Shown here in pieces: positions 26,251 through 36,608 of a DNA stretch of 64,000 nucleotides. The notes beneath the pieces are model-generated. The model was not told where the DNA came from. It was given only the letters and a program-made list of their open reading frames with translations, and did not search any database. Position numbers and translations under genes: made by a program. The DNA comes from Octopus sinensis (Eukaryota), in the NCBI RefSeq assembly GCF_006345805.1, contig NC_043024.1, forward strand, positions 10,230,001-10,294,000, in the 5' to 3' direction. Position 1 is the stretch's first letter. Each line of letters begins with the position of its first letter.

Positions 26251-27128
26251 AACTGAATAAACTAAATAAATTCATCAGAACAATCTGTGTTTTATTTCAA
26301 TATAAAAATAGTTTTTGTTTTCCAAAATATGACATTTTTTTTTCAAGAAAGCAACATGGTATTGGTGATTGTTTGTGTGTGAGAGTGCCAATGTATATGT
26401 GTGTGTATATATACATGCATATATGAGCATCTTTGTGAGTATATGAGTGTATATGCTTATGTGTATTGGTGCATGTGAAAGTGTTTGTGTGTATATATAC
26501 GTAAACACACGTGTATACATATATATATATATATAATTTAGAAAAAAAACACCTTTTATCAATTCAATAATGAAAAATTAAATTATACCATTTAGAAAAA
26601 TTACATATTCTAGAAAGATTAAATATAATTTTTCTAAATGGTATTTAATTTTTCATTAGTGAATTGTTAAAAGGTGGGTTTTTTTCTAATTTATATATTA
26701 TATTTTGTGAAATTTGATTTAGTATTTCTAAATTGAATTTTTCCCTGTAAGTTTGGAATATTCCCTCATATTATTATTATTTGATATATATATATATATG
26801 TATATATATATACATACACATGTCTGTATTTGTGAATGTTAGTATGTGCTCACTGAACATGTATATGTATACAGGTGTGTGTATATAAGTCTGTGTGTAT
26901 GTCTGCATGTGCTTGTTGAGTTTATCTATTTGTATGGGGTTTATGTATATACATGTATACAAAACAGAAAGGAATTTTTTTTTTATACAAGTCCTGTTTT
27001 TTGGTATGGAACAGTCCATTATGCAGTGGAAGATCTCATTACTTTTGTTCAGGAATTCCATTCATGAAAAAATTTCACTTTTGCAATTAGTGGGAAGGCG
27101 AATAATTTGGGCAGAACCAGATTTTTTT

Positions 27129-30100
27129 CTACAAGTACGGGGCCCATCCAATGTACATCTGGCACAAGAGTTTTTCATTTGTTGCCTCATGAATTAAATA
27201 GTTGACCTGACCCTCAACAGATAAGGGCAGGCCCCTTGGTTTGGTTTTTGATGCGTGGATTCCTCTCATGCGATGCTCAATCATCTGGACATGGGTCATT
27301 GCTTGCTCGTTGGTAATCTCACCAGAACTGACTTGATGTGATCTTTGGCCCTTAGTCAGTTTCTGCCACTCCACAAGAGGGTCATAAATAAATGGTTTTA
27401 GGACACTCATCAGAGGGTCCATTTGGTTCCGTAGTACTTTAAGGGTCACTTCACACGCCTGTCGGAAAATGCCTTCATATCCCATTGGTCCCATAGCTTT
27501 GACCATGTTGTTGGTCAAGCGGAACGGTACGCGCTCAGGCCACTCGAACGTCTCCCCTTTATTGAAGAGACAATTGAAATCGACATGGAGGCAGTCACCG
27601 GTTGTGGAGTCCATCAGTATGTTCTCGCCGTGTCTGTCCCCAAGTCCGAGGATATATCCGACCATGTCCATCACAGCAGAGGTTCGGGCGTATGCCAGTC
27701 TGGAATTGTACCAAGCTGTCGGGTCCGGAAATGTCCGCAGGAACCATTCGTAGAACACACTAGGGTGAAGATGAAGGAGCATTTTGAACAGTTCTAGTTT
27801 CCTATCAAGCGGGGCCTGAAGAGCTGGGATGTGATTCTTCAACTCCCGGTTACTGATTTGTAACCCCTTTTCGCGGTACAATTTGCGTAATATATACTGC
27901 AGACCACTCGTGTTGTTCACCCATTCTATGATGCCACATTCTTCATTCAGTGGAATCACGGTGTATGTGCGTATATGAAGCTGCCGCTTTCTGGCCTCGG
28001 GGTCTTTGCGTAGGAACTTGTTGACAATCGTAGTGAACTCCATCAAACGACAGTCCTTTCTCAAATCGTCCTTTGGTTTACACATCATTACATACAGGTG
28101 ACCATCGCTACCCTTTATCGTTATCTTTTTGGGTTTCTGTAACGAAGGTAAGATCTCAATTGTATCTTCAAAACTGCTGATATAAACGGTGTCGCCCGGG
28201 AAAGGATCGTGGTCGACTTTGTTATCAGTTTTCGTCATGGGCAATGTAACCGTCATCGAAGATTGCAAGGGGACGATTATGTTGCTGAAATTATGGTCGT
28301 CAAGGAGACGTTTAAGTGACTTGAAGTGCTGGGACAAACTCAAAGGCTGAGTGTCTGGGCAGTGGCGCTCAGACAATTCCAGCAGACGTTCTGTAAGTTT
28401 ATTGGCATCAAGTAAAAATTTGCCGAGTTCTTCCTTCATCAGTTTCGCTTGGTTGAATATCTCTTGGCATCTCTTTACCCGTTTTGGATATGACGATTTC
28501 GAGACAGCCATCAGCATCCAAACAGCTTGAGCAGGGAACGTGTACAGCAGTTTTGCAATTATTTTCACCAGGTGACGAAACACGTCCGAGTTTGCATGAC
28601 AGATGCGAGAGATGAGCTGTGAAAAAGCCGTGAAGAGTTGGTACGGCGCCAGTTTGCGACTTAGCTGTTCGATCACTTTGTTCAAATTCTGCAGAATGGT
28701 TTTCTGAGACTGCAGTTTTTGCATGTGCGATGCTTGATTCGACGTCTGGTCACGGAGCTCTGACTGAACGACAGTGGAACCATAATCCAGCCACAGACTA
28801 AGGAGCCTTGGAAGCGATTGGTAAATGTATTGGTTTCCGTACTGCAGTGATGTCCCGTAATTCTTCACAACAAATATATTGAACTCTCCTTGCTTCACTG
28901 AGTTTTCGTTGTCATCTATCAAGTTGTTCTTCATCTTGTCGTAGTATTTAGCAAGGAAGAAGTAGCCATCTTCCCATTCCGAACACGAGTCCGTGACATC
29001 ACGGTACTGCTTCAAAACGGTGTTGCTATCCGTGTTGGAAGTCTCATCGCAGTAATGCGTGTACAACAACTGCGCCTGAGCATAGGTGAACAGTTTTTTT
29101 TTGGCGCTCTTTGACATGTCCCTTTTCAGTTGATTCAGATTAGGGAAGTGCTCAGCCATGCCCTTCTCGAGGCAGGAGAGCGCTTGATCATTCTGACCCT
29201 TTTCCCAGAACCATTTGGCTTTCTCCAGGCAATATTCCGGCAGATTGGAGGAAGCTGCTTGAATGAGGGAGCCGTATGCCGTTTGGAGGTAACCGGCTTC
29301 GCGGGCAGCCGTCGCCGTATCAAGGAGCCATTTCCCTATCTGCGGGGAACAATTGGAACAGCTTTCCAGTGTGATGAGAGTACGTCGTAAAGTGAGTACA
29401 GGTTCCTGAATGCGAAAAGGAGACTGCATCAGCTTCGAACGTGCATCCCACTGCAATAGAAGCTCGTCAAGACTCACAGAATCAGATGAAATTTGTTGCT
29501 TGCTTTTGCTCCATTTGAGCTGAGTCTTGGAGTCGAATATAATTTTTTTCGCCTGCTCAATCTCATTGAGCATATGTAGTCGTACAATGTTTTCATAACC
29601 ACGAAGATATGAGAAGCTTTCCATGCTAGCTGCCGATAAGGGCCCCATTATTTCTATACGTGCGCTATTCAAATGCTTCTGATAGCTCTCTTCCTGTCGG
29701 TCCTTGATGGCCAAAAGAATTTTCCCCAAGCTCACGACCCAGTCGTTGCTTTCCTTCTCCAACTTCACATAAGATTCCAGTTTGGTCCAATCTCCGAGTT
29801 TCGACGTGGCCTCAATACGATAGGTGTTCAGTTGTGTGCTCCATGAAGGATGGTTAGCAATGACGCCGTCAGCATGAAGGAGGGCCTTGTTCAGCTGACC
29901 CAATTCCATCAAACTCCGCAGCCAACCATGATGATGAGAGATCTCTTCAGGCTCTAACTGCACAGCTCTTTCGTAACAAGCCTCCGCATCCTGGTACTGG
30001 CCAATGCTTTGGTGGGCCAAAATCTGTTGCACAAGGGTCGGCTGTGCTTGCCGAATGGCTGCAACCCCTGCTACACCATCATGTTCGTCTAACGCAACAT

Positions 30101-33100
30101 AGATGCGTTGCAACAGATCGAGGTGTTGTTGGATATTGCAATCGTTGTTTCTGATGAAATGTTCAAAGTGCATCAATGCACGTGTGAATGCATTGCAGTT
30201 GAAGCAAGCTTCTGCAAGGACGTCTTGCGGGATGTGATTCAGGAATGCGTTTACTGTTCTGTAACTGGAGTCTTTGAGATACACCGGTTCCTTAGACACA
30301 GGCATTTCGGCTACCTTAAGCTGTGCCCGGTTTGTCCTCCATTTCAATAAATAATCAAGAACAGAGAAAATGGTTTGGGCACACATGTGGCGCATATCAG
30401 TCACACTACCCTGTCGAGTATCCGACTTCCTTATCTGGTGTAACACTTCCATGATCTCATTGTGGATGTCTTGGATGTCCCCTTCGGTGCCATCTAGCAA
30501 GACTTGGGTGACGACATGTGGCAGTATATATAAAGCGATTGAAGGATCGTACCGTGTTATAGGACTGCATACTTGAAACACACGTAAGGGGTGGTTCTGT
30601 TGGACCCTAGAAGACAAATAAGTGGTCCAGATACATATCCATTCCTTGTACTTGCTGCCCTTCATGCTGCCATAAATCGGTTTCTGAAGATGATCCCAGC
30701 TGAAAGACGATGATGAAATATACTTGGAATTAAGCAGAGGTTGTAATATTTCTTGGACATGCTCCGGAAAACGATTCCAAAGTCTCCGTTCGGAACCATG
30801 TTCGTTATTTTCTTCGGGTTTGTCGCTTATTCTATAAATCTGCAAAAGATCCTGCAGCGCTAGAGATGCACAATCCTGCACCCGAGTTTCAGTAGCTGCA
30901 AGGAAAGCACGGATTATTTCATTTATAATTCCAATAGCAAAATTATCGTCTTCAGTACTTGCTTGGAATTTGGCCATTTCTTCTTTTGGATTATTCGATG
31001 TCAACTCGAGGCGTCCGGGATCGATAGCGCCGATCTCTCCAAGACAATCTCCAATCAGACATCGAACCCTGTGATCCGGAACCTTGCAAATGGATAAAAG
31101 CACGGAGATCAGCTGCGATACTATCGGATCCGCAGTTTCGTTGTCAAGCATGTACTGATGCAGCTGTCTTTGACTGCTATGAAGCAAATTCCTCAAATTT
31201 GACAAGGCATGGATTTGGACATCCAAGCTTTCGTGTGTCACACCACGTAACGTATGAGTGATCTTTGTTCTTAAATCCGATTGGCTGGAGAGGCTACTGG
31301 AGTATTGCTTCAAAACGTAATTCACATTGGACAGTTCTGGAATGTCGGGTAAAAAATATATTTCTTGGAAGTGACCACACAAAGCATCTTTGTTCTCAAT
31401 GATGAGGTAGTTGAAGATCTCAGCACACTGTGCAGGAAGCTGCTGAATCAACGGTAAAAGAGTGGCAGATATCGGTGACAACATGTCACCCAGAGCTGGC
31501 AATTCCACGCTTCGGATGAATGAGTTCCACGCTTGACAAGCAATTGCCAGGAAATCTTTCTCATCAAATCGTAGACTAATTCGGAGAGTATTCATAATTT
31601 TGTATCTCACAAACGTGATGTGTTTTGCTCCCATTAGCTGGATGATGGAATTTAAACTATCCAACGTGAGCTTTTTCTCTTCAATTGGAATGCTAGAAAT
31701 CAATAATTGAGAATCGAAGAAAGCCAAAATTCCAAGTAATCGAGGCTGGAGATAGTTGGCCATATCTTCTGTCGTGGTTATCTGTCCAGGATAGAAATCA
31801 TCGTAGGAGCAGAGACGCTGTAAACCTTTGAAGACTTCGGCGTAATTAGTACTCAAGTAGAGCAAGAGTTCGTTATGGACTCGTTGGAAGTCAATACGAA
31901 GCAGGTAAGTTAGTTCAATTTCAGTCTCGGCAAAATGGAACTGGAGGGCTTTTGCAATTTCCTGTTCGTTGTGATGTCGAATCAGATAAGAAAAAATGTA
32001 TTTCGTGGAAGAAATTAGAAGCTTCTTGCGACTTGGCACTTGTAAAAGAGTAGCAAGAAGCTTTATTAGAGATGATGCCGTCTGGGAAGCCATGGCAACC
32101 AATTGGGGAAGTAGGAATCGCTCGGTGCTATGTATGAAGGTTCTGATATCCACGTAATCAAACACATTGCTGACCTCTTTCAGTTTCTGTTCAGCTGTTT
32201 TGCCAATGTTTAATTTACAGGATTCATCCATTGTCTTGACCAGGAACATACAGACGGGTTGTTGGTAATTCATAAATATATTAAAGGGTTTCTCTCCTGC
32301 TTTTTTGGCTCTTGAAATGCCCTGAAGTTGCATGTAGGCCACAGCGCTGGAAACAGGAACATCAGAAACTATGTTTTCCAAAAGGAACAGAGTGACGTCC
32401 AACAGAAGAGGTCCACTTGAATATTTACCAAGCAGACCAACGGTCATCAGGATCGATTTCTGTAGCTTCACACTTTTCGTGTCTTTTAAATGTGCCAAAG
32501 AATTCTTCAGTTTCTCAAAGACAATATTTGCAACATCAAGACCAGAGACTTTGAGCAGATTCCAACAGCAGTTGCTGAACAAAATGCAAATATCGTAATC
32601 AGGATCGTTAATTAATTGCAGTGAGTAATTTAGCAAATTAAGAGCCCACTGTTCAGTGAGTTTTATCTCTACGTGGTTATAGACACGAAGCAGGCTGCGT
32701 GCCAGGGCCCTCCGATATGTTGCATCATTCATGTCTCTGTTACCAGAAAAACAAAGAAACATCTCCTGTATGATCGGTAACTTGGTCTGACTGACCAACT
32801 TCTTATGATTTGTCTTAGCATCGTCACACTGCTTGCATTTCAACTTGAAAAGTTCAAAGATGTTCACTTCACCCCCGTTCGAATCAAACGAATTACTCTG
32901 GCATATTTCAGTCTCTCCCGACAGAACGCAAACAAGTTCACCAAACACCGATGCCAAACTGTTGTCCACAGTGGAATTCTTCATGTTAAATAATGGCAAG
33001 AGCAACTCTGTCACGAGGTAAGCAAAGTTGTCTCCAAGAGTATGTAATAACACAACAGAGGAGCGAATTCCCTGCAGAATCAATGGAAGGCTTAAATTAT

Positions 33101-35108
33101 TGGCTAAAACTGATTTGTAGACGTGACAACGCCACTGACCAGCGATATATTTGGGGATCCAGCACAAAACTTCCATACAGATTTGACATGTGAGGTCATC
33201 TAAGAGAGGAGACAATTGGCCACTTATTTCCAACATCGGTTTGAGGTCAGCTGAATGTAGATCAAGCCAAGAAGCATTGTTGGCAAGCCATGGTAAAGAA
33301 AGTAGCACAACAAACTCACTTACCAATTCCGGCACTGCGGCGCTGAAATCGTTCACAATCAACAAAGCAGCAACAGATTTTGCCACAACCGGAAGACTGC
33401 AATTCAAAAGTTCCTTGGCCTTAGATTCATCAACGTTCTGAAGACTTGTACAAAGAGAAAACAAATTCTTCCATAGATAAGAGATTTCTGTTAATTCGTC
33501 TTTAGAGAGCCATTCGGTGAATTTCTGGTCAGTACTGTAAACTTTTGGTTGACCGTCCTTAGTATTCTTCTGTGAAGGATTGTCTTTGAAAGAATGGAAC
33601 AACACTACGGATACTTCCACAATAACCTGTACGCCAGTTAACATACATAACACCCCGTTGCTGTCATTGTACGACTTGCTTTTAAACGTTTCTAACTTTC
33701 GCTTAATTTCCGTGAATAGTTTCGATTTATCTTCTGGAGTTATTTTTTTTCTGCTATTGTTGCTGGTTTTGCTTTTTAAATGAGGGAGATATGGCAGTTT
33801 AGCTTTTTTGGGCGGATGTTCTTCAGTTTCCTTAGACAAATCATTCTCATTGAGACAGGAGGATTCCATTTCCCAAGACACCAACAGACATAAGTTCTGC
33901 ACCAGAAACTCTTTGTTGTAAACCCTGCCAACCAAATGACACAGCTTCTCCTTTAAAACATTAATAACTGGGCTGTAAACTGAATCAAATATATTCTGAA
34001 TTTGCTTTAACTTGATCAAAATATGGTTGAGAAATGAGCTGACGGCACTACACATGTCGGCAGATGGTTCTTGCTGCAACTTCTGAAGCCAGCCATAAAG
34101 ACTCATAAATTCTATAAACTTGTTCAACATGAGGTCCAAATTAGCTATGTCTAAATGATTACCAATACCAGAAGAATCAGCTTTGAGGAGAGCATTCAGG
34201 GTCTTAACATAGGCTGTCTCCATTTGAGACAATTCTTTTGATGTTAGTTCTGCCTGGTCTCCATACATCATCGGTGGAATCGCTACCAGAACAGCTACGA
34301 GATACTCAAGCAGCTCAAATTCCGGCACGCCATGAAGAAGCAGTAACTGTTCAATAACTTGTAACGAAGCAGCTTTCAATGGGACGTCTCCGAATTCGAC
34401 CTGGGCCAAAAGACTGGGACACAAAACAGACAGTAGTCGAGTATTCCACCCGCCGTTGAAGTATCGAACCTGTTGCGAGAACACCAACGTCAAATTGCTT
34501 TGCAGGATCTCACACGACTCGCAACCCAGTTTGATAACAGCTTGGCGTATTTCTGTGTTCTGTTCAGACGGAGGTAGGAAATTAGAAATCAGACGTAAAT
34601 CTACGTTAAAAAGATTCAAAACAATCGATCTGTTTTCATCGATAGATTCCAATCCAGAAGACTGAGTGACTGCGAGTTCACTAAGACAACAGGCCAGTTT
34701 TTCAAGGATTTTATGATACAGGTAAGGTTCGTTTATCTTCAAACTATTAAGAAACTGGACGATCAAGGCAACGCATTTCGGGTGGAGCTGGTGGCAGCCG
34801 GGGTGAGTGAAGAGGCTGAGAAGCTGCGATGTGAACCAGTACATAAATGCTTCGCATTCGTCGGGTGAGTCCTGGCTGGGTTGCTGGTTCTTGGTGAATT
34901 TAAACTCGTCTAAGATGTCCGAGGTAATTTTCAGCAAGAAGTGACACATAGATGCTGTGGGGCCAGCGAGTTTTTTGGCCACCGAGTCGAGGTCATAGAG
35001 AGACTGACCAATGTGTAACATGGCATATGTCAATTGACTCGTGTCGCTGGTCGTCTTGTATTTCTTGAGTAATTCTAGCAACAGATTGAAATCCATTGTC
35101 GATGCCAT
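27129..35108 (-). CDS. ATR: Serine/threonine kinase ATR (PIKK family), single-exon CDS, 2659 aa
   Basis: Uninterrupted ORF; ATG at 35108 in good context (gtgATGG; the ORF-track start is an upstream GTG). HEAT/FAT region, kinase motifs KPKDDLRKDCRLMEF, GLGDRHGENIL and HVDFNCLFNKG, and ATR-type FATC LPLSVEGQV...LCQMYIGWAPYL*. Confidence 0.97.
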   Translation of the reverse strand: MASTMDFNLLLELLKKYKTTSDTSQLTYAMLHIGQSLYDLDSVAKKLAGPTASMCHFLLKITSDILDEFKFTKNQQPSQDSPDECEAFMYWFTSQLLSLFTHPGCHQLHPKCVALIVQFLNSLKINEPYLYHKILEKLACCLSELAVTQSSGLESIDENRSIVLNLFNVDLRLISNFLPPSEQNTEIRQAVIKLGCESCEILQSNLTLVFSQQVRYFNGGWNTRLLSVLCPSLLAQVEFGDVPLKAASLQVIEQLLLLHGVPEFELLEYLVAVLVAIPPMMYGDQAELTSKELSQMETAYVKTLNALLKADSSGIGNHLDIANLDLMLNKFIEFMSLYGWLQKLQQEPSADMCSAVSSFLNHILIKLKQIQNIFDSVYSPVINVLKEKLCHLVGRVYNKEFLVQNLCLLVSWEMESSCLNENDLSKETEEHPPKKAKLPYLPHLKSKTSNNSRKKITPEDKSKLFTEIKRKLETFKSKSYNDSNGVLCMLTGVQVIVEVSVVLFHSFKDNPSQKNTKDGQPKVYSTDQKFTEWLSKDELTEISYLWKNLFSLCTSLQNVDESKAKELLNCSLPVVAKSVAALLIVNDFSAAVPELVSEFVVLLSLPWLANNASWLDLHSADLKPMLEISGQLSPLLDDLTCQICMEVLCWIPKYIAGQWRCHVYKSVLANNLSLPLILQGIRSSVVLLHTLGDNFAYLVTELLLPLFNMKNSTVDNSLASVFGELVCVLSGETEICQSNSFDSNGGEVNIFELFKLKCKQCDDAKTNHKKLVSQTKLPIIQEMFLCFSGNRDMNDATYRRALARSLLRVYNHVEIKLTEQWALNLLNYSLQLINDPDYDICILFSNCCWNLLKVSGLDVANIVFEKLKNSLAHLKDTKSVKLQKSILMTVGLLGKYSSGPLLLDVTLFLLENIVSDVPVSSAVAYMQLQGISRAKKAGEKPFNIFMNYQQPVCMFLVKTMDESCKLNIGKTAEQKLKEVSNVFDYVDIRTFIHSTERFLLPQLVAMASQTASSLIKLLATLLQVPSRKKLLISSTKYIFSYLIRHHNEQEIAKALQFHFAETEIELTYLLRIDFQRVHNELLLYLSTNYAEVFKGLQRLCSYDDFYPGQITTTEDMANYLQPRLLGILAFFDSQLLISSIPIEEKKLTLDSLNSIIQLMGAKHITFVRYKIMNTLRISLRFDEKDFLAIACQAWNSFIRSVELPALGDMLSPISATLLPLIQQLPAQCAEIFNYLIIENKDALCGHFQEIYFLPDIPELSNVNYVLKQYSSSLSSQSDLRTKITHTLRGVTHESLDVQIHALSNLRNLLHSSQRQLHQYMLDNETADPIVSQLISVLLSICKVPDHRVRCLIGDCLGEIGAIDPGRLELTSNNPKEEMAKFQASTEDDNFAIGIINEIIRAFLAATETRVQDCASLALQDLLQIYRISDKPEENNEHGSERRLWNRFPEHVQEILQPLLNSKYISSSSFSWDHLQKPIYGSMKGSKYKEWICIWTTYLSSRVQQNHPLRVFQVCSPITRYDPSIALYILPHVVTQVLLDGTEGDIQDIHNEIMEVLHQIRKSDTRQGSVTDMRHMCAQTIFSVLDYLLKWRTNRAQLKVAEMPVSKEPVYLKDSSYRTVNAFLNHIPQDVLAEACFNCNAFTRALMHFEHFIRNNDCNIQQHLDLLQRIYVALDEHDGVAGVAAIRQAQPTLVQQILAHQSIGQYQDAEACYERAVQLEPEEISHHHGWLRSLMELGQLNKALLHADGVIANHPSWSTQLNTYRIEATSKLGDWTKLESYVKLEKESNDWVVSLGKILLAIKDRQEESYQKHLNSARIEIMGPLSAASMESFSYLRGYENIVRLHMLNEIEQAKKIIFDSKTQLKWSKSKQQISSDSVSLDELLLQWDARSKLMQSPFRIQEPVLTLRRTLITLESCSNCSPQIGKWLLDTATAAREAGYLQTAYGSLIQAASSNLPEYCLEKAKWFWEKGQNDQALSCLEKGMAEHFPNLNQLKRDMSKSAKKKLFTYAQAQLLYTHYCDETSNTDSNTVLKQYRDVTDSCSEWEDGYFFLAKYYDKMKNNLIDDNENSVKQGEFNIFVVKNYGTSLQYGNQYIYQSLPRLLSLWLDYGSTVVQSELRDQTSNQASHMQKLQSQKTILQNLNKVIEQLSRKLAPYQLFTAFSQLISRICHANSDVFRHLVKIIAKLLYTFPAQAVWMLMAVSKSSYPKRVKRCQEIFNQAKLMKEELGKFLLDANKLTERLLELSERHCPDTQPLSLSQHFKSLKRLLDDHNFSNIIVPLQSSMTVTLPMTKTDNKVDHDPFPGDTVYISSFEDTIEILPSLQKPKKITIKGSDGHLYVMMCKPKDDLRKDCRLMEFTTIVNKFLRKDPEARKRQLHIRTYTVIPLNEECGIIEWVNNTSGLQYILRKLYREKGLQISNRELKNHIPALQAPLDRKLELFKMLLHLHPSVFYEWFLRTFPDPTAWYNSRLAYARTSAVMDMVGYILGLGDRHGENILMDSTTGDCLHVDFNCLFNKGETFEWPERVPFRLTNNMVKAMGPMGYEGIFRQACEVTLKVLRNQMDPLMSVLKPFIYDPLVEWQKLTKGQRSHQVSSGEITNEQAMTHVQMIEHRMRGIHASKTKPRGLPLSVEGQVNYLIHEATNEKLLCQMYIGWAPYL

Positions 35109-35183
35109 CACAATTAGAATGAAAAATATGACACTTTCCGTTGAGTGTGTACGAATTAATTATTATATCACTTTCTCAAAAGA

Positions 35184-35490
35184 CTACAGAGAAGAATTAA
35201 TCAAGAACTGTTCATTTTTACTCCATCGATAATTAAAAAACAATCAATTTAAAGCTACATCACATCATTAAGGAAAGATGCTTAATTGAACAAAGACGAT
35301 ACGGGACAAAAGAAATCAATTAAATAAAAGCAAGGTGCGTCTTCCTAGTGAAAGGTACTCGGCTGTGGTTTTCGCCGATGTCCCCTACATTACGATCGTG
35401 TTTATAGAAAGGGGTTTAGTTCATATTAACTCGGTGTTTACCTGGGGTTTTGCCGGAGCCACGAGGCCGAGATGACATTTGCCGCCATTT
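35184..35490 (-). promoter_or_regulatory. Putative ATR 5' UTR intron and first exon / promoter
   Basis: Acceptor ttcttctctgtag ends at 35184, donor cag|gtaaac at 35441, and a YY1-like AAATGGCGGC at 35481-35490. Confidence 0.45.
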
Positions 35491-35664
35491 CCGCATTCAA
35501 TACATAAACAATTTAGAGTCACCTCCCTTGCTTTTGGTCCGTTTTCGTTTTTCTTCTTCTCAGAGCCAAGGAGTTCGCGGGTTCGAATTCCAGCATTTCG
35601 AAATAAAATTAAATGAATGGGAGAAGAAAAAAACAGCATATTAATTTGTAATGATTCAAGTATG

Positions 35665-36096
35665 GGCAATCTTTCGTCTCTAGTAGACCTTTCCGTCGAT
35701 TTCCGTAAAAAAAAAAACTTCTTTTTTATTTTTACATATGGGCTTGCGGGAACTTTTGAAGTAATGAGAGCGAAAGAGACTAAGAGAAAGCGATTGTATG
35801 ACGAGGGAAGTTCTTTTGAAGTTACCGTGCATGGGAAGCATTGATGTACATGTGTGTGTGTGTTTGATGGGGTGTGGGAGACAGACAGTATGTTGTGTAA
35901 GTGAAGTGCTTCTGTTAGTGTGTGTGAAGAGACAGAGTAATGTGTGAAAGAAAGAGATAACTGAAATTTTTTACTCGGTGTATGTGTATATATATATATA
36001 TGTATATTACTTCAAAAGTTCCCGCAAGCCCATATGTAAAAAAAAATTTTTTTTACGGAAATCGACGGAAAGGTCTACTAGAGACGAAAGATCGCC
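35665..36096. mobile_element. MITE with about 100-bp TIRs, GG...CC termini, 8-bp TSD
   Basis: caagtatg at 35657-35664 and 36097-36104; arms 35665-35765 and 36005-36096. Confidence 0.8.
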
Positions 36097-36299
36097 CAAG
36101 TATGATATGACTTCAGCTTGGTTTGATACCGATTTTATTTCGGTGTAACTTTCTGAAAAAAAAACATGATTTTTTTTTTAATCCGCTGTGAAGGATTTCT
36201 GGTCGAATGAATCGACCCCTGTACTTTTTTTAAAGCCTGGTACTTATTCTATCGGTCTCTTTTTGCTGAATGGCTAAGTTGCAGAATGTAAACAAATCA

Positions 36300-36608
36300 G
36301 GTACTACTAGCGAACAGTGGTCCCGGTGCACGCACTCGAGCATCCGCGCTAGCTAGTCGTAAGTAGTCGATCCTACAACGACTTTTTAACCCTAACCTTT
36401 GTTTGTTTATAAAAATAATTTATTTACTTAGTTTAAAAAATTATTTACTTTGCGTTTTATTTACTTTGTTCGAAAAATATTATTTAATTTTCTTTGATAT
36501 GTATTCAGCCTTGAAATACAAACATAAGCGCAAGTCGTTGTAGGATCGACTACTTACGACTAGCTAGCGCGAGTACGCGCACCGGGACTACTGTTCGCTA
36601 GTAGTACC
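36300..36608. mobile_element. MULE-like MITE, long TIRs, 9-bp TSD
   Basis: TSD aacaaatca at 36291-36299 and 36609-36617; TIRs of about 85 bp beginning GG. Confidence 0.8.

Noticed and set aside
27469-34665. Short plus-strand ORFs antisense to ATR
   Set aside because: Shadow ORFs of a long coding sequence; no motifs.
35560-35595. tRNA-like B box gggttcgaattcc
   Set aside because: No A box or cloverleaf; at most a SINE relic. No genuine tRNA gene was found in the window.
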